Shown piece after piece: positions 32,399 through 32,900 of a stretch of 32,900 bases of DNA. The stretch's first letter is position 1, and each line of letters begins with the position of its first letter. The stretch comes from Chiloscyllium plagiosum (Eukaryota). The position numbers were made by a program, and so were the translations under genes. Below the pieces are notes generated by a model, which did no database searches, had not been told where the DNA came from, and saw nothing but the letters and a program-made list of their open reading frames with translations. The DNA is taken from contig NC_057746.1 in assembly GCF_004010195.1 (NCBI RefSeq), positions 1,005,095-1,037,994 of the forward strand. Reading direction: 5' to 3'.

Positions 32399-32900
32399 TT
32401 TTTTTATGATAGATATTTTTATTAGAAATTTAACATTTTTACAAGTTTACAAAAATAAACAAAACTCTCAGATATAAACATTGATATACAGTTAGTTCAA
32501 ATATATAATAGCCAAAATTTAACAAAAAACAAACAAAAACAAATAAAAAAAGAAAAAAGAAAAAAAAACAAACAAAACTCAACTATCTACTAATCTAACC
32601 TACAACTAACCAGAGTGTATATTTAAGTCTCTTACATGCTCGGAATGTGTTAACATCAGATGTAATAAAACCCGTATTCGTGCGGGATTCCTCCCCCGAG
32701 GGGCCCCGGACCAGCCAGGTTTGTAATCTCAATTAAATAAAAGCCCTTGTTAGGATAGCCGAAATATCTGTATTTATGTAATTCAAAAAGGGCTGCCATA
32801 TTTTATAAAATAATTCGGTCTTTCGGTGCACCATATTTGTAAGGAACTTAAGGGGAATACATTTCATAATTAATCTGTGCCAATTTGAAAGTCCAGGAGG
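32399..32900 (-). mobile_element. L1-clade LINE 3' end (ORF2 C-terminus, T-rich 3' UTR, poly-A), runs off the window
   Basis: The - strand at 32900-32733 reads PPGLSNWHRLIMKCIPLKFLTNMVHRKTELFYKIWQPFLNYINTDISAILTRAFI*, with the PP..W...F.KIW.PF pattern of fish L1 ORF2 ends. AATAAA and an A-tail lie near 32399-32425 on the - strand. Confidence 0.75.

Overview
Eukaryotic genomic DNA from a cartilaginous fish, probably an orectolobiform shark (inferred from the repeat families and the gene sequence). The window holds one complete, intact six-exon MHC class II beta-chain gene on the + strand. It runs from ATG 1988 to TAA 19561, has GT-AG phase-1 introns throughout, and gives an 816-nt CDS and a 271-aa protein: leader, beta1, beta2 Ig-C1, connecting peptide/TM, and two cytoplasmic exons. 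The rest is mostly decayed retroelements: many CR1-type LINE fragments, an HE1/V-SINE, tRNA-derived SINEs, an L1 3' end, and at least two families of Penelope-like elements with minimal hammerhead-ribozyme motifs, often inserted as tail-out inverted repeats with 13-17 bp target-site duplications (TSDs). The most unusual items are (1) a proximal promoter made of an 8 x 25-bp minisatellite of Y-box (CCAAT) units with no recognisable X box, flanked by a divergent YY1/ATG motif; (2) non-canonical residues in the beta chain; and (3) the hammerhead-bearing Penelope palindromes inside and just downstream of the gene. There are two N gaps (4173-5083, 7052-7676). Repeat boundaries are approximate unless a TSD fixes them. 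I see no prokaryotic-type system and no CRISPR array.
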